Positions 11,240-24,455 of a stretch of 50,037 bases of DNA are shown in pieces. A program made the position numbers and the translations under genes. Location: the NCBI RefSeq assembly GCF_006345805.1, contig NW_021834309.1, positions 1-50,037 on the forward strand, in the 5' to 3' direction. The notes beneath the pieces were generated by a model. That model was not told the origin of the DNA and did not search any database. It was given only the letters and a program-made list of their open reading frames with translations. The stretch's first letter is position 1. Each line of letters opens with the position of its first letter. This DNA is from Octopus sinensis. Its lineage: Eukaryota.

Positions 11240-13850
11240 CTTATTTACTTATCTAGTTTCAGCTCACAAGCTGTGGCCATGCTAGGGCACCGCCATTTGG
11301 TGTTGCTACATGATTTTACTTCACGAATGCTTTTTAGCAATTGCCATTTGGTGCATGAGAGAGTTCGATGCAGCTGCCCTCATCTGCACCTCCTGCCGTG
11401 AAGTTGGTTCATCTGGGATACCTGACAAGAAGAGATTCAGTTTCATTTTAAAGACATCTGCATCCACCCCATGCAGGTCTCTTAGGTTCTTCGGTAGGAT
11501 ATTGAAGAGCTGTGGCCTCGGAAGCCCAGGCTATCACAGTATCTTGTCCTACATCTTGATGGCAAATTTGGAGTCCTTGGCACTATGCAGTAGCGCCCAG
11601 TTCTGGCATTTGTGTAACTCTCGATGCCAAAGTTTGGGACAAGTCCTTCTAGGATCTTCCAGATGTATATTATGGCATATCTTTCTCGCCTAGGCTCTAA
11701 GGAATATAGTCTCAATCTCTTGAGTCTTTCCCAATAGCTTATATGCTGCACAGAGGCTATCTTCTTCGTGTAGCTTCGTTGGATCGCCTCAAGTTATGTG
11801 ATTAACTTGACACTGGATGGTGACCATACCTGAGAGCAATAGTCAAAGTGGTTTAGGACAAGTGTCCTCCAGAGGACCATCATGGTTTCCTGGTCTCTTG
11901 TTCTGAAGGTTCTAAGAATTCATCTGCATAACTTGTGATCGTGGCTCTCTGCGTGGCTGAGGGCATGTCTGAGAGGGCCATTATGAACAGTAGTGGTCCC
12001 AACACAGTGCCCTGCGGAACACCGCTCACTATTTGCGTGTTAGTGGCTACTACCACCTGACTTCTATCCTTCAGAAAGTCATGAAGCCATTCTCCCAATT
12101 TTCCAACTATGCCAAAATCACACAGTTTGTGACATAGCATTCCTTGATCGAGTTTATCAAAGGCCTTTGCAAAGTCGAGATATATGACTTCCACATTTGA
12201 GTGGTTGAGCAATCGTTTCAGCACCCAGTCATAGTGTTGTAGGAGCTGAGTTAAGCAGCTTCTTCCTGGTCGGAAACCATGATGGGTGTCAGGCAGCAAG
12301 TCATTTTCTTCAAGGAAGGTGATTAGTTTCCTTCTGACTATTCGTTCCATGACCTTGCTGATGTGTGAGGTCAGAGAGATAGGTCTGTAGTTCTTGGCCT
12401 CCGCTCTGCTACCTCCTTTATAAATAGGGCATATTTTACCTTCCTTTAGTTTTCTTGGAAGTTTGCCAGTTGCAAGGAAGCTCTGAAAGAGGAACTGCAG
12501 TGGTCTTGCTAGGACTCTCTTACATACTTTTAGAAGGATTGCTGGGAATCCGTCTGAGCCAGTAGCTGAGCTTGTTTTCATTTCATCAATAGCCTTTATT
12601 ACATCGTCTTCCTTTATATCGATGTAATCAATCATCTTTGCCTCCGATTTTATATCTGCAGTGGTAAAGAAGTCAGTTGGATTGGTGACTTGAAAATGCC
12701 CTAGGGGTGGCGTGAAAATACTCTCATTGGATTTCCTGTGAGTGTGCCATCCTTTTCAAGGAGTGGCCCTATCCTACAGTGCACCGTAGCTGTTTCTTTG
12801 GCATACCTGTAGAAAGCTCTGGGGTTAGATTTTACGTTGTCTATAGCCCAGGCTTCTTTGTCTGCTCTTTCTTTTTCATGGGAGAGTTGCAGACATTTTT
12901 CAATTTCCAACAGTTTTATTTTCTGGCGGACTTTTCACTGCTTTCAATTTGTTTGTTTAGGCGATTTGAAACTTTTGTACGCCGTCTCATTAGAATTTTC
13001 CTCTCTCCGGGGATTTTACTCTTGTGTACAGTGGCCTTTCTCTCTGGGACACATTTGTAGCATATGGCTTGCATTACAGACATGAATTGTTGAAGTTTCA
13101 TGTCGATGTCTGGCGAGGATAGACATTCAGGCCAGTTTTGTTTGAGGATCTCTTTCTCAATTTGTTTCCAGTTTGCCTTATGGAAGTTCAAGCTGGAAAG
13201 ATTCTGAGAGTTTCTTGTAGGCTGCATGTCCATGCATTCCTTTGACCCGTACATGGCCAGCTCTACCATGTTGTGATCCGAGAGTAGTGTCGGTGTCACT
13301 TTCCCATTATGGATAAGATCCATATTATTTGTGAAGCAGAGATCCAGTATGTTACCTGCCCTGGTTGGTTTTAGTATTACTTGCTCCATGTAAAAAGTGT
13401 TGATGAGGTTCAGGAGGGACCGCGCCTGCCCTCGTTCACATCGTGTCATTCCTGAGAGAGAAAGGCCATCGGGCCATCTGACATTGGGTAGATTGAAGTC
13501 TCCCATAAGAAGTACACTTATGTGTTGTTCTAATGTGACTAGAACTTCTATTTTTATAAGGCAGTCTTCAAACTTGCCTACATGGCTTGGGGCATCTGGA
13601 GAGCGATATGTAGCACATATAACTATACCAAGTTGCCTTATATGTACAATTAGTGTGTCACACACCGAATTTGAGTATGACAAAAGGACCTGGGGTATGA
13701 GGTCCTCACGGATGTACATAGCAACTCCTCCATGACTCCTTTCTTTTCTGTCGGTCCGTAGTACAACATACTGTGGTATGTGTTTTTCCGCATCTGCTAT
13801 GTCTGGTTTCAGGTGTGTTTCCGTAAGTGCTATGCATAAGGCTTGATTGC
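11240..13850 (-). mobile_element. CR1-group LINE, 5'-truncated ORF2 pseudogene (APE endonuclease + reverse transcriptase) with 3' tail
   Basis: EN motifs [30 protein letters not shown]; RT motifs NYRPISLTS, HGFRPGRSC, YLDFAKAFD, GVPQGTVLGP, YAD; C-terminal LYSLE.RRERY and IPDEP; frameshifts present. Confidence 0.92.
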
Positions 13851-13946
13851 ATATATATATATATATAGGCATATATACATGTGCATATATATATGCATAT
13901 ATATATATACGAATATATGTATATATATATATGCATATATATATGC

Positions 13947-13977
<31 letters not shown>

Positions 13978-14006
13978 AATGCATATATATGAATAAATAT
14001 ATATGC

Positions 14007-14059
<53 letters not shown>

Positions 14060-14221
14060 TATATATGAATGTGCATGTGCATATACATATGCATGTATAT
14101 GTTTTAAATATATTATCAAAAAATATTATAATTATTCTCAGTGCATTTTCGACTTCTCTTTTTCTTATATTTCTACCCGTGCGGAATAAAATAACTTTGT
14201 TTTCTATCTATATGGATATAT

Positions 14222-14297
<76 letters not shown>

Positions 14298-14372
14298 GGG
14301 AGAGATGCATATGTTCCTATATGTGTGTGTTTGTGTGTGTGTATATACACTCACCCTCCACACACATACACA

Positions 14373-15050
14373 CATGGTATTCGGGCTAAATTTGACAGTT
14401 TGCATTAAAGGAAACGGAAACACAAATACCGTCTAAAAATAAAGGTACTTTAAAATGTCGGAAAATATAAACTAGGTTATGGCTGGGAGTTAACATTTCA
14501 CTCCAAGTAACCGCTCTCAGTTTCTACCACTGTCTCAAGAATTGATGCATGCTCTCCTCGCTGCATCCTTGGGGATATCTTCAAACACCTTGATCTTGGC
14601 CGCTAGCTCGGCCTTAGTGTTTCAGGCACAGTGTTCAGCGTCTTTCTCAAGAGAGCCCCAAACATACTGATCCATAGGAAGGCAATCAGAGGAATTAGTT
14701 GGCCAGAAATTGGCTGAAGTGATACAATTTCTCTGACAACCTCTTTTGACTCTTTCCTAAGTTATGGCAAGGAGTCAACTCCTACTGCCACACATATGGT
14801 CTTCCAGCAGCAACCCTCAGCAGAAGCTTCACACAACCGTCTGAATTAAGCCCCAGGCCCTTCTCGAAGTAATGGGGCGATACGACATTACCCTCACTGG
14901 AGACACACTCAAGTACATGCTGGCCACAGTTTGATAGTTTCCGATGCAAGTGTCCATGTCATGTCTCATGGACTTTACATTATTCACAGAGCTTTGAGTA
15001 GCCGTCATGTTGACGGTATTTTGATGCCTGGTGCGAATTATTATGATACA
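14373..15050 (-). mobile_element. Second, older maT-like transposase remnant
   Basis: Minus frames VAAGRPYVWQ and FWPTNSSDCLPMDQYVWGSLEK...NTKAELAAKIK, homologous to the 6859-8089 element. Confidence 0.7.
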
Positions 15051-15079
15051 GGTAAAACATTTCTAAAATTCAGATGACA

Positions 15080-15246
15080 AGCTGGCAGAATCGTTAACAC
15101 ATCGGGCAAAATGCTTAGCCGTATTTTGACTGTCTTCACCTTCTGAGTTCAAATTCCACCGCGGTTGACTTTGACTTTCATCTTTTCGGAATCAGCAAAA
15201 TAGGTATCAGCTGACCAACCCACCCAAATTTCAGGCATTGTGCCTG
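15080..15246 (+). mobile_element. SINE family C; further degenerate copies at ~15760-15940, 19813-19950, 20530-20730, 21060-21200, 23890-24015 (minus), 26460-26585 (minus) and 36612-36815
   Basis: gctggcagaatcgtta...gagttcaaattcc...gactttcatc matches 30962-31180. Confidence 0.65.
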
Positions 15247-15276
15247 TGTGCGTGCTCACAAACACACACACACACA

Positions 15277-15330
<54 letters not shown>

Positions 15331-15336
15331 CATACA

Positions 15337-15741
15337 TTCTTTTATTCTTTTACTTGTTTCAGTCATTTGACTGCAGTCATGCTGAAGCACCGCCTTCAGT
15401 CGAGCAAATCTAGCCCAGAACTTATTCTTTGTAAGCCTAGTACTTATTATATCGGAATATTTTTGCCGAACCGTTATGTTACGGGGACATAAACGCACCA
15501 ACATCTATTGTCAAGCGTCAGTGGGAGGATAAACACAGACACACAAATGCACACACACACACACACATTTATATTTATATATATATATATATTATATATA
15601 TATATATACGACGGGCTTCTTTCAGTTTCTGTCTACCAATTCCACTCACAAGGCTTTGATCGGCCCGAGACTATAGTAAAAGACACTTACTCAAGGTTCC
15701 ACGCAGTGTGACTGAACCCGGAACCATGTGGTTGGGAAGCA
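15337..15741 (-). mobile_element. SINE family A (tRNA head, internal microsatellite, LINE-like tail), 5'-truncated
   Basis: Reverse complement of 27778-28187. Confidence 0.85.
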
Positions 15742-16067
15742 GAACTGCATGAGTGCATTGGAAGGTAAGTTAGAGCGATATTTATTTCGGCTCTTTACAT
15801 TCAAAGTTCAAATCCAACCACAGTTAAATCTTGCCTTTCAAATTTTCGGAGTCGGTAAAATGAAGTGTTAGGATTGATTTTATCGACCAGCCGCTTCTCG
15901 TCAAAAATTGCTATTCTTGAACATATAAAAGAAACAACTATTTTCTTTATCATTAAACATATATCTTTAAAAAATCAAAATTAGTAGTTTCCTGCCAGCA
16001 GAAACATTAATAATTTAAAGACTATAAAGAAACTTTGAAGTGAATAGTTTGTTTGTTTATTCTATTT

Positions 16068-16785
16068 TGCTGCTGCTGCTGCTGCTGTTTTGTTGTTGTT
16101 GTTAAGCAACACGACGGATAAGGGTGATTAGGTGATGGTCTAGGGCTTAGGGGTGGGAGACCCCAGACCTTGGAAAAAAAAACTTTGGTCGTCTTGTTGT
16201 AGTCGAGGGGTCTTCGTCGACGCCCGACACCACTTGGTGGTGGCACTCGAAGTCGCTGTAAATGGAGATCTCCAGGTCCAAATTCTTGAACGGCTGCTGC
16301 TGCTGCTGTTCCTGTTGTGTTCTTCTTCCAATCAGGACTCACGCCATTAGCCACAAGGAACAATCTCTAATTCGAGCCTACTCTAAGAATGCGTGTGGCA
16401 ACTTGAAGATCCACCCACCACACGCGATAGATTGGCGGTTGCACGGGCGCGAAAGATACGTTTTTTTTTCTCATTCCGTAAACGGTGGCTTTTAACAGGT
16501 GGAGAGCTGAACCATCCTGGGGTACAGATGATGTGCGTCTGAAAGTTTACCACACCATAGCGGGTTACACCATGGTTCTTCTGCTTTGAGGCAGAAGTAG
16601 GAAGAAAGAGTGAGAGAAAGTTGTGGTGAAAGTGTACAGCAGGGTTCACCACCCTCCGCCACCGGAGCCTCGTGGAGCTTAGGTGTTTTGGGTCAATAAA
16701 CACTCAGAATGCCCGGTCTGGGAATCGAAACCGCGTTCTTACGACCGCGAGTCCGCTGCCCTAACCACTGGGCCATTGCGCCTCC
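16068..16785 (-). mobile_element. SINE family B head with a long GC-rich extension ending in (CAA)n/(CAG)n
   Basis: Head (~16600-16785) nearly identical to the copies at 1851 and 37213; the 3' boundary is inferred from the simple-repeat tail. Confidence 0.6.
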
Positions 16786-17195
16786 ACTGTTGTTGCTGCT
16801 GTTTGTTGGGAAGAAATTACAAATGATACTGTTTGAAAATCTCAGTAGATCATAAAATAATTTTGTATTATTGGCTGGTTTATAAATCTTGAGTTGACGG
16901 TAATAGCAAAAAGGAAACAAATTCACAGCGTATTATATTTGATAGCGTGATAATTTTTACCGCTGTACGTCTTGTCTTTGTCCTGCGGCGAAGCTGGAGC
17001 ACAGCTTTCAAAGGTTTTAGTCGATTATTTCGACTTCTGATTTATTTGTCTGGTGTTTAGATTAGCGATTATGTCCTGTGCCTTGCTGTAAAAGTTTAAT
17101 TAATACGGAAGAAATACTACAATATAATTTTGCCCCAAACATCAACACTCACTCAGTCACACACACACACACACACACACACATACTTACATAGA

Positions 17196-17277
17196 TACAT
17201 ACATACATACATACATCATACATACATACATACATACATACATACATACATCATACATACATACATACATACATACA

Positions 17278-17306
<29 letters not shown>
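17196..17306. repeat. (TACA)n microsatellite; another at 40731-40910
   Basis: Directly visible. Confidence 0.95.
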
Positions 17307-17312
<6 letters not shown>

Positions 17313-17430
17313 GTGTGAGTTTGTGTAAGAGGCCTTGCAGATTTTTTATAGTCCCAGACATCATGATCATTTGTGGTAGTGTATGAATTGAGGATTTGTT
17401 TTCTCGTCCCAAGTATGTATGTATGTACGT

Positions 17431-17516
<86 letters not shown>

Positions 17517-18236
17517 GGCAGGAAGGAAGAGTTGATGGATATGCACATATATGATGGTACACGCAAACATGCACACACAAACTTACACATGCATGAATTT
17601 TATACATATCTATATCTACTCTCGTGGCTTCGTCCTAATTAATTTTACATAATATTATATATCGACATCTTTCTGATATATAGCATTTTCATATGCAGCA
17701 TCTGGAAAAGTTCCGTCTCATTCCCATATATACATAGAGAGTTTTTAAACGCAACACGTCTACAGAGTAGATTATCTCCATGCGAATACCACAGTAAATT
17801 TTGTGTACATGTATTTGTCTATGTTGTTCAAATACATGCTGTAGCACGCTTTGAGTTGTTTCTCATCTTTGTTTAAATTATGCAGATTACTTAGTCCATC
17901 GCTGTGGTCTACTTCTTTTTGTATAAGTCTAAATCCTTTATATACTGAAGATAGCGTCGGACCATTGACGTGATGATGATGGAGCCAAACATTCTTCTCC
18001 AGAACTGCCCTCTGATTTCCAGGCAAGAAGACTGCCTTTTCCTGAATGGTGTGTCAGCTGTCGAGAATTGTTGATCCTCATCACATTATCTCACCTTCTC
18101 AAGTGGATCAAGTGCCATTTGGCAATTATGATTCACCTTCAAGTAGCAGAGATGATTTTAATAAATCAAGAATGTTGTATGGTAATTCATATACCTGTAT
18201 TTCTCTCTGTCTCTTTCCGTCTTTCTATCTTTCTCT

Positions 18237-18242
<6 letters not shown>

Positions 18243-18312
<70 letters not shown>
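18243..18312. repeat. (CT)n microsatellite; others at 26184-26235 and 38092-38140
   Basis: Directly visible. Confidence 0.95.
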
Positions 18313-18316
<4 letters not shown>

Positions 18317-18834
18317 ATATATATATATATATATACATTCGAATCTCTAGTTAGCGATTTTTAGAATATTAGTAACTATTAGTAGAATATTAGTAACTCT
18401 CGTTTGGGATATTTAGGATATGAATGTCACAAATTGCCACAAGGTTTATTAAAAAGTTATACCGACAGAAGCAGTACTAATACCAAAATGTAATCTTGAT
18501 CTCCAACTCAGCGTAAGGGTTGTGTTATAACACAAAATAATGCAGCATTCTGTGTTCTAAAATAACTCCCACTTGCGATTTTCTAGGAACTAGGATATGT
18601 TCATGCAATATTTGTAGCTGAGGATAGAGAGCTCACACAATATCGTACACCCTGTATATGATTTACGTTAAAAGTACATGAATCTGTAAAATATTCAACC
18701 TCTTACACTATAATATAGCGAGTATGTAATTGTGTTGATCGAAAAACTGGAACTATCATTCGTTGACACCGACACGAGAGCCGTTCATATATGGAATCGC
18801 GTGTGTAGATATTCCATTATCTTTTTTCTTTGTG

Positions 18835-18923
18835 GAATGGGGGCAGTTGACTTTTGAAAATAGTTAACATATATTGTGAATGGGGGCAGTTGACTTTTGA
18901 AAATAGTTAACATATATTGTGAA
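18835..18923. repeat. Exact 43 bp tandem duplication
   Basis: gaatgggggcagttgacttttgaaaatagttaacatatattgt starts at 18835 and again at 18878. Confidence 0.9.
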
Positions 18924-19775
18924 CGTGGTTCCAACCAATACTTCCAGCTTAATTTAATCTTTCTTTCGTGTTAGAGTTTATTTTATGTACCGCTGCTTGT
19001 ATATGTTTGAATTATTGCCTTATGTGTCGCATTTTCATCAATTTCTCTTCTTGTCACTTTCTATCTATCTATCTAACCGAAATTGATTCTATGCATGTGC
19101 ACATATGTTTATTTTCAACATAGAAAGAAACACTAAAACTCGGTAAAACAGTTATGGTGTAAGTGAAAACAATACATATCAAAATAAAAACAGTGTAAAT
19201 GCCTATATTGAAATCGTTAGTTATTTTGTTTTGCTCAGTCTTTTATTTGTTTTTTTTTTCTATTACGTGGTATTTCTTTTAATGTAATTCTTTAGTGTGT
19301 GTGGGAGTGTGTGTTTGTGTGTGTTTACAATGAAGACAGGAAATGAACATTATTATAATGCATTGTTCTAAAATTCTTCAAGCATGTTTTTATAAACATC
19401 AATGTTTCATAATTTTTTTTAGAAAGTTTTATTCAAATGTTGTTGAAAGATAAAAATACTAAAAGCCATTTCCAATAAAAAAAAAATTTGTTGTGTCGAC
19501 ACTATTCCCATCATCATCACCACGACCATCATTATTATTGATGTCATCATTATCATCGTCATCATCACAATCACCATCATCATGGTGTTGGGATTGCAGA
19601 ATCGTTTCAGTGCCTGACAAAATGCACAGCGATATTTCTTCCAGTTCTGAGTTCAAAGTATGCTTTGCCTTTCAATACATGGCTATGATGCTCCCCCAGT
19701 ACTTCTGCTCGTGATCAGAGATGCACATATCGTCAGACACTAAGGGACATGCTCAACTGGTTATGGTCAAGCAAC

Positions 19776-19812
<37 letters not shown>

Positions 19813-19951
19813 AGTTCAAATTTCACCGAGGTTGACTTTACCTTTCATCCTTTCAAGGACGATAAAATAAGGACCAGTTGAACACTGGGGCCCGTGTAAC
19901 CCACTCATCCCCACTCCCAAAATTGCTGCCCTTATGGTAAGAATTGAAACC

Positions 19952-20400
19952 ATTATTATTATTATTATTGTTACATCACGGTTTTGGTGTTGTGCCCGGT
20001 TTAAGTATGTTTGCTATGGAACTACACCTCGTGGACTAGAATGAAAAGCCTATTGTACTTTCTATATAAAAGTGCTTTTTCTCCATTTTGATTTTCGTAT
20101 ATCATCTCTATAAATTGTTCTTCATCTTGTTTTTATTATGCATTGAGGACTTCCTTCATAAATCTTACTGAACCAAGTAGACATATTTACTACGCATTAA
20201 GATTAGGTTTTCCTAAGTTTGCTCTCAAATACTTTGTCACTGTTCCCAGAGCTCCAATGATAGGTGGCATGATCATGACCGTGTTAATTTCTTCGTTCCA
20301 GCGTTTGAATATTTCATTCATCAAATATGTATAATATTCTACTTTTTCCCTGTTTTTTTTAAGTCTGGTATAAAATAGACATTTCATATTACTATACATA
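19952..20400 (-). mobile_element. 3' end of a Dong/R4-type (restriction-like endonuclease) non-LTR retrotransposon
   Basis: EKVEYYTYLMNEIFKRW...PIIGALGTVTKYL, then a frameshift to LLGSVRFMKEVLNA*, a short UTR and an (AAT)n tail. Confidence 0.8.
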
Positions 20401-21599
20401 GATTTATTTTCTTCTTCTCATCAAATGGCAGTGGTAGTGGAGGTGGCAGTGGTGGTGGTGGTTGTGGTGGTGCTGGTGCTGGTGGTGGTGCTGGTGCTGG
20501 TGCTGGTGCTGACGGTAGTTAAGTAATGTTGGCTGGTACAAATTGTTAGAAAGTCGGACAAAATACTACTCCTTAGTTTTTATTTTGTGAGTTCAAATTC
20601 AACCAAATTTAAACTTGACATTCGTGCTTTCGAAGATGATAAAATAAATACCAGGTAAATATTGGTGTCCATTGTTTAAACTAAACCCCTCTTCTCGAAC
20701 TTGTTGGTGTTGTACTTAAATTAGAAACAATCATTATTATTGTCATTGTTGCTGTTGTTGTTATCGATGCCTGTAGCCTAGCGATTAAGATGCTGTGCTC
20801 AAGCTGTTAAGACCATCGGGTCCATTCCTGGAGTGGGCAGCGCGAGCGAAACACATTGCGCTATCCAACTCACAGGAAAAGAGTACTAACTTAGAGTCGA
20901 TGCAAGCTTCTCTCCACTGAACTATCACAACACTGGGTCAAAGGTAGGAGAAAAGGATTGACAGGGTGTTCATGGTTACTCACACCCAGTACTTTTAACG
21001 AAAGTACGGTAATGCAACCATGTCATCTTGGATTTTGTGTGATAGTCGGCACTTAAAAGGACAGACAAAATATCTTGTATTTATTCCCGCTCTTTTGAGT
21101 TCAAGTTCGCCCTTGAGATTGATTTCTTTCGTTCATTTTACCGGAGTCAATGAAATAAACCACTAGCTATGTAGTGGGGTTGTTGAGTTTCCATATGCCC
21201 ATCAAAGAGGAGTTGGAGGAACCTATGGCAGACGTTGCAGGATGTATTTACCTTCAAGTAGATCAGGGTGTATGGAAGCGTCTGCCTAGTCTTTAAGATT
21301 AAGAATTAGGTTAGGAGACAGATATATAGAGATTATATACCACATACTTGCCCCCAGACCGGTCGCACAGTACATGGGTTTAAGGAATACAAAGATTGGA
21401 ACCTAAAATATTGGTATGTGCATTAACCCTTCATTTATGAAACTTGTGCAACGGTACGAGTATTCATTCATTGAAGAAGTACCAATCAACAGTATGTGAT
21501 CGCGTGTGTCTACATGGATCCTTTCTCCCTAGGAACTGTTAGTTCCTGTTGTCACAGGACTCTCCATCAGAAGCTGTTCTGAAAGGGCGTGTGACAAGA

Positions 21600-22170
21600 T
21601 GGGAAGACTGAATGAAATTAATGCTTCCTCTTCCTTGGTGCACTTTGATCACGTGTAGCATAAGAGCTTTGATACCTGGTCTTTTATATCACTACGCTTT
21701 TGGCGCATTCAAATTTCGTAACAACCTAATGGATGTGACTACTTTTACTGCAGGTTTTTAGGAGGTAAACCAATGGGTTACAGAGAATTAAGAAACTGTT
21801 AGTTTACAGCACCTTTAATGTCAACTACTATGTCGAGTGACTGAACTTGTACCTGGATTAGATCTGCACCTTTGTACTCGTTAGAAGATGGTAACACTAA
21901 TATCCTGTATAATGTCACCTGTGGAAGCCGGATGGTACATTAAGAGCTCCACTCTTCGTTTCTGTATTTCTATAAGATGATGGGATAAATTTTAAATAGC
22001 CTTTCTTAAGATGTGTTGATGTTTATTGGGGTATTTTTTCGGAACTGTTTATAATTTAACATCATCAATCTGTGCGTAAATTGGTAATTCTGTCTCTTTT
22101 ATGCAAACCTTTAGCTAACTAAGCTGCTAAAGTATCTCTTTCAAGTTCAACTCTCATGCGGAGAAAAATG
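21600..22170 (-). pseudogene. Decayed Helitron RepHel PIF1-helicase fragment
   Basis: Minus-strand pieces in the expected order: MRVEL (22160), DIVVDIKGAVN, FLNSL*PIGLPP (21797), IRLLRNLNAPK (21730), IKALMLHVI. Confidence 0.7.
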
Positions 22171-22862
22171 TAGGTTCAGATAGGAAGATTATGACGGTAC
22201 CTATGTTCTTAGATTTATCTCTGAGATCATAAGGTGCCTTTGTGTATATATTTATATACGATTTCCAAGAAGTTCCCATCTACAAATTTCCATCCCAAAG
22301 TAATGGTAAACAAGGGATATAAGTGAGAGATTCTTGACCAAGGTGGCACGCAGTGGGGGCGGACACGCAGAAACCAGTATTTTCTAAGTAAAAAACTTAA
22401 TTAAGTGGCCACTTAAAATAGTCGATGCAAAACTTATTGCAGTCTTTAATTTTGTCCTTTTATGTCATATGGCCAAATCCTGTGAGTAACAATTTGATTT
22501 TGCTCCTTCAATGATGCTCGCTGCAAATTTAACTGTGGAAAACTAGGTTCTATTAAATTGACTCGTATTGTTTCTTAAAGTTCGTGTAATTACGGCTGGA
22601 TATAGAAATTCTTATGGTTTTTGAATTGGCATTTTCAAAATATTTTTGTGGATGCTTAATGTTGCCATATGGCTAAGAAGTGGGATTGGCAAGCACACAG
22701 TTCCAGATTCGATCCTACTTCATGGAGCTTCGAGCAAATGCTTTCTATCATAGCCTCGAGCCAACTAAACTTCTCTCGGAGAAATTTAGCATATAAAAAC
22801 GTTGTCCGAAGCCTATCAGGTGTGTATGTATGTGTGTATGTAAACACGTATGAATGTATGTA

Positions 22863-22905
<43 letters not shown>

Positions 22906-22918
22906 TAAAGATAGATAA

Positions 22919-22982
<64 letters not shown>

Positions 22983-22983
22983 T

Positions 22984-23130
22984 ATGTGGTAAGTAGCTTG
23001 CTTACCAACCACATGGTTCCGGGTTCAGTCCCACTTCGTGGTACCTTGGGCAAGCGTCTTCTGCTATAGCCTCGGGCCGACCAATGCCTTGTGAGTGAAA
23101 TTGGCAGACAGAACTGAAATAAGCCCGTCG

Positions 23131-23174
<44 letters not shown>

Positions 23175-23383
23175 GTATATGTTTGTGTATCTGTGTTTGT
23201 CACCCCAACATCGCTTGACAACCGATGCTGGTGTGTTTACGTCCCGGTCACTTAGCGGTTCGGCAAGAGAGACCGATAGAATAAGTACTAGGCTTACAAG
23301 GAATAAGTACTGAGGTCGATTTGCTCGACTAAAGGCGGTTTTCCAGCATGGCCGCAGTCAAATGACTGAAACAAATAAAAGAA
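22984..23383 (+). mobile_element. SINE family A
   Basis: Matches 27778-28187. Confidence 0.88.
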
Positions 23384-23384
23384 T

Positions 23385-23416
<32 letters not shown>

Positions 23417-24417
23417 TCGTGCGTGTATCGGTGAGAGATAACCGAAAGAAATCAGTGTGTCAAAGAAAACTTTGAAGCCTTTTGCTACCTTTCTTTACAA
23501 CAGTTAAGCACGTACGGAAGACGATTTGGGGTATGTTTCAGTGTTATTCGACATCCTCAGAGAAGCATAGACTCCACCGTGCTTACCAAAGCAATGAGTA
23601 AAAAATTACTTAGTGTACAATAATAATATTCACTTTTCGGTATACAAAATCAGGAATATTGAGAGAATATTTTATTTTTACATGCTCTATCTGCATGAAG
23701 AAACAATACTTTAAATAGTGTTAAAATATTTAGTGTAGGAAGCATTAAAAATGTTTACTAGAACAGCCTTGGGCAGCATTGTGAGAAATCAATATTGCAG
23801 TTATTATTTTGAAATGTTTTCTGAAAATACAAGTTATTAAAAAAGTGATTAATTTAACATTTGATTGTAATAAGGATTTCGATTTTTAATGTAGGCCCAA
23901 CCTCATCGAGATTGTAAGGTGGGATGGTCGATTATATCGACTTAGTATTTGATTTGTATTTTATCGATCTCGAAAAGATGAAAGATAGAACCGACTCTCA
24001 CTAAATTTGAACTTGCAGGAATGCATGAAGCGTGAGTTTTCGAATCAATGACGGAACTTCAGTGTGGTCGCTTGACTTGATAGAAACAGCAGCTAATTCT
24101 CCTCTCAAATCACACACTACCTTTTATAAATGTATGACATATTGGATTATGTAATCGTAGACATACGCTATGTGAAAATTAGATGGGACTGTCACAGATG
24201 GAAAGCCTTTCAGCCTAAGTCTTACTGAGCGAAAGTTATCTCACACGCGTTTTCTTAGTGTTCTTCACGTTGATAAACAATATGTTTTAAATTATTAAGA
24301 TTTAAATTTAGATGCCATCGGTTTAATGAAAGGAAAATACGAACATTGGAAAATCTAAACTGAACCCATAATTTCCTGTTCGGAGAACGAACTAAATTTT
24401 TTGCTATTGTGCTTATG

Positions 24418-24455
24418 GAGGAGGAGGAGGAGGAGGAGGAGGAGGAGGAGGAGGA
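24418..24455. repeat. (GGA)n microsatellite
   Basis: Directly visible. Confidence 0.95.

Noticed and set aside
13850-14094. N-terminal extension of the 392 aa ORF
   Set aside because: Read-through into (TA)n; LINE homology starts near 13850.
17772-18170. 84 aa ORF with an HHHH run
   Set aside because: No recognisable domain; at most a faint RTE C-terminal echo upstream.
20428-20515. Gly/Ala-rich coding-like tract
   Set aside because: A simple GGT/GCT trinucleotide repeat with no ORF or splice context.
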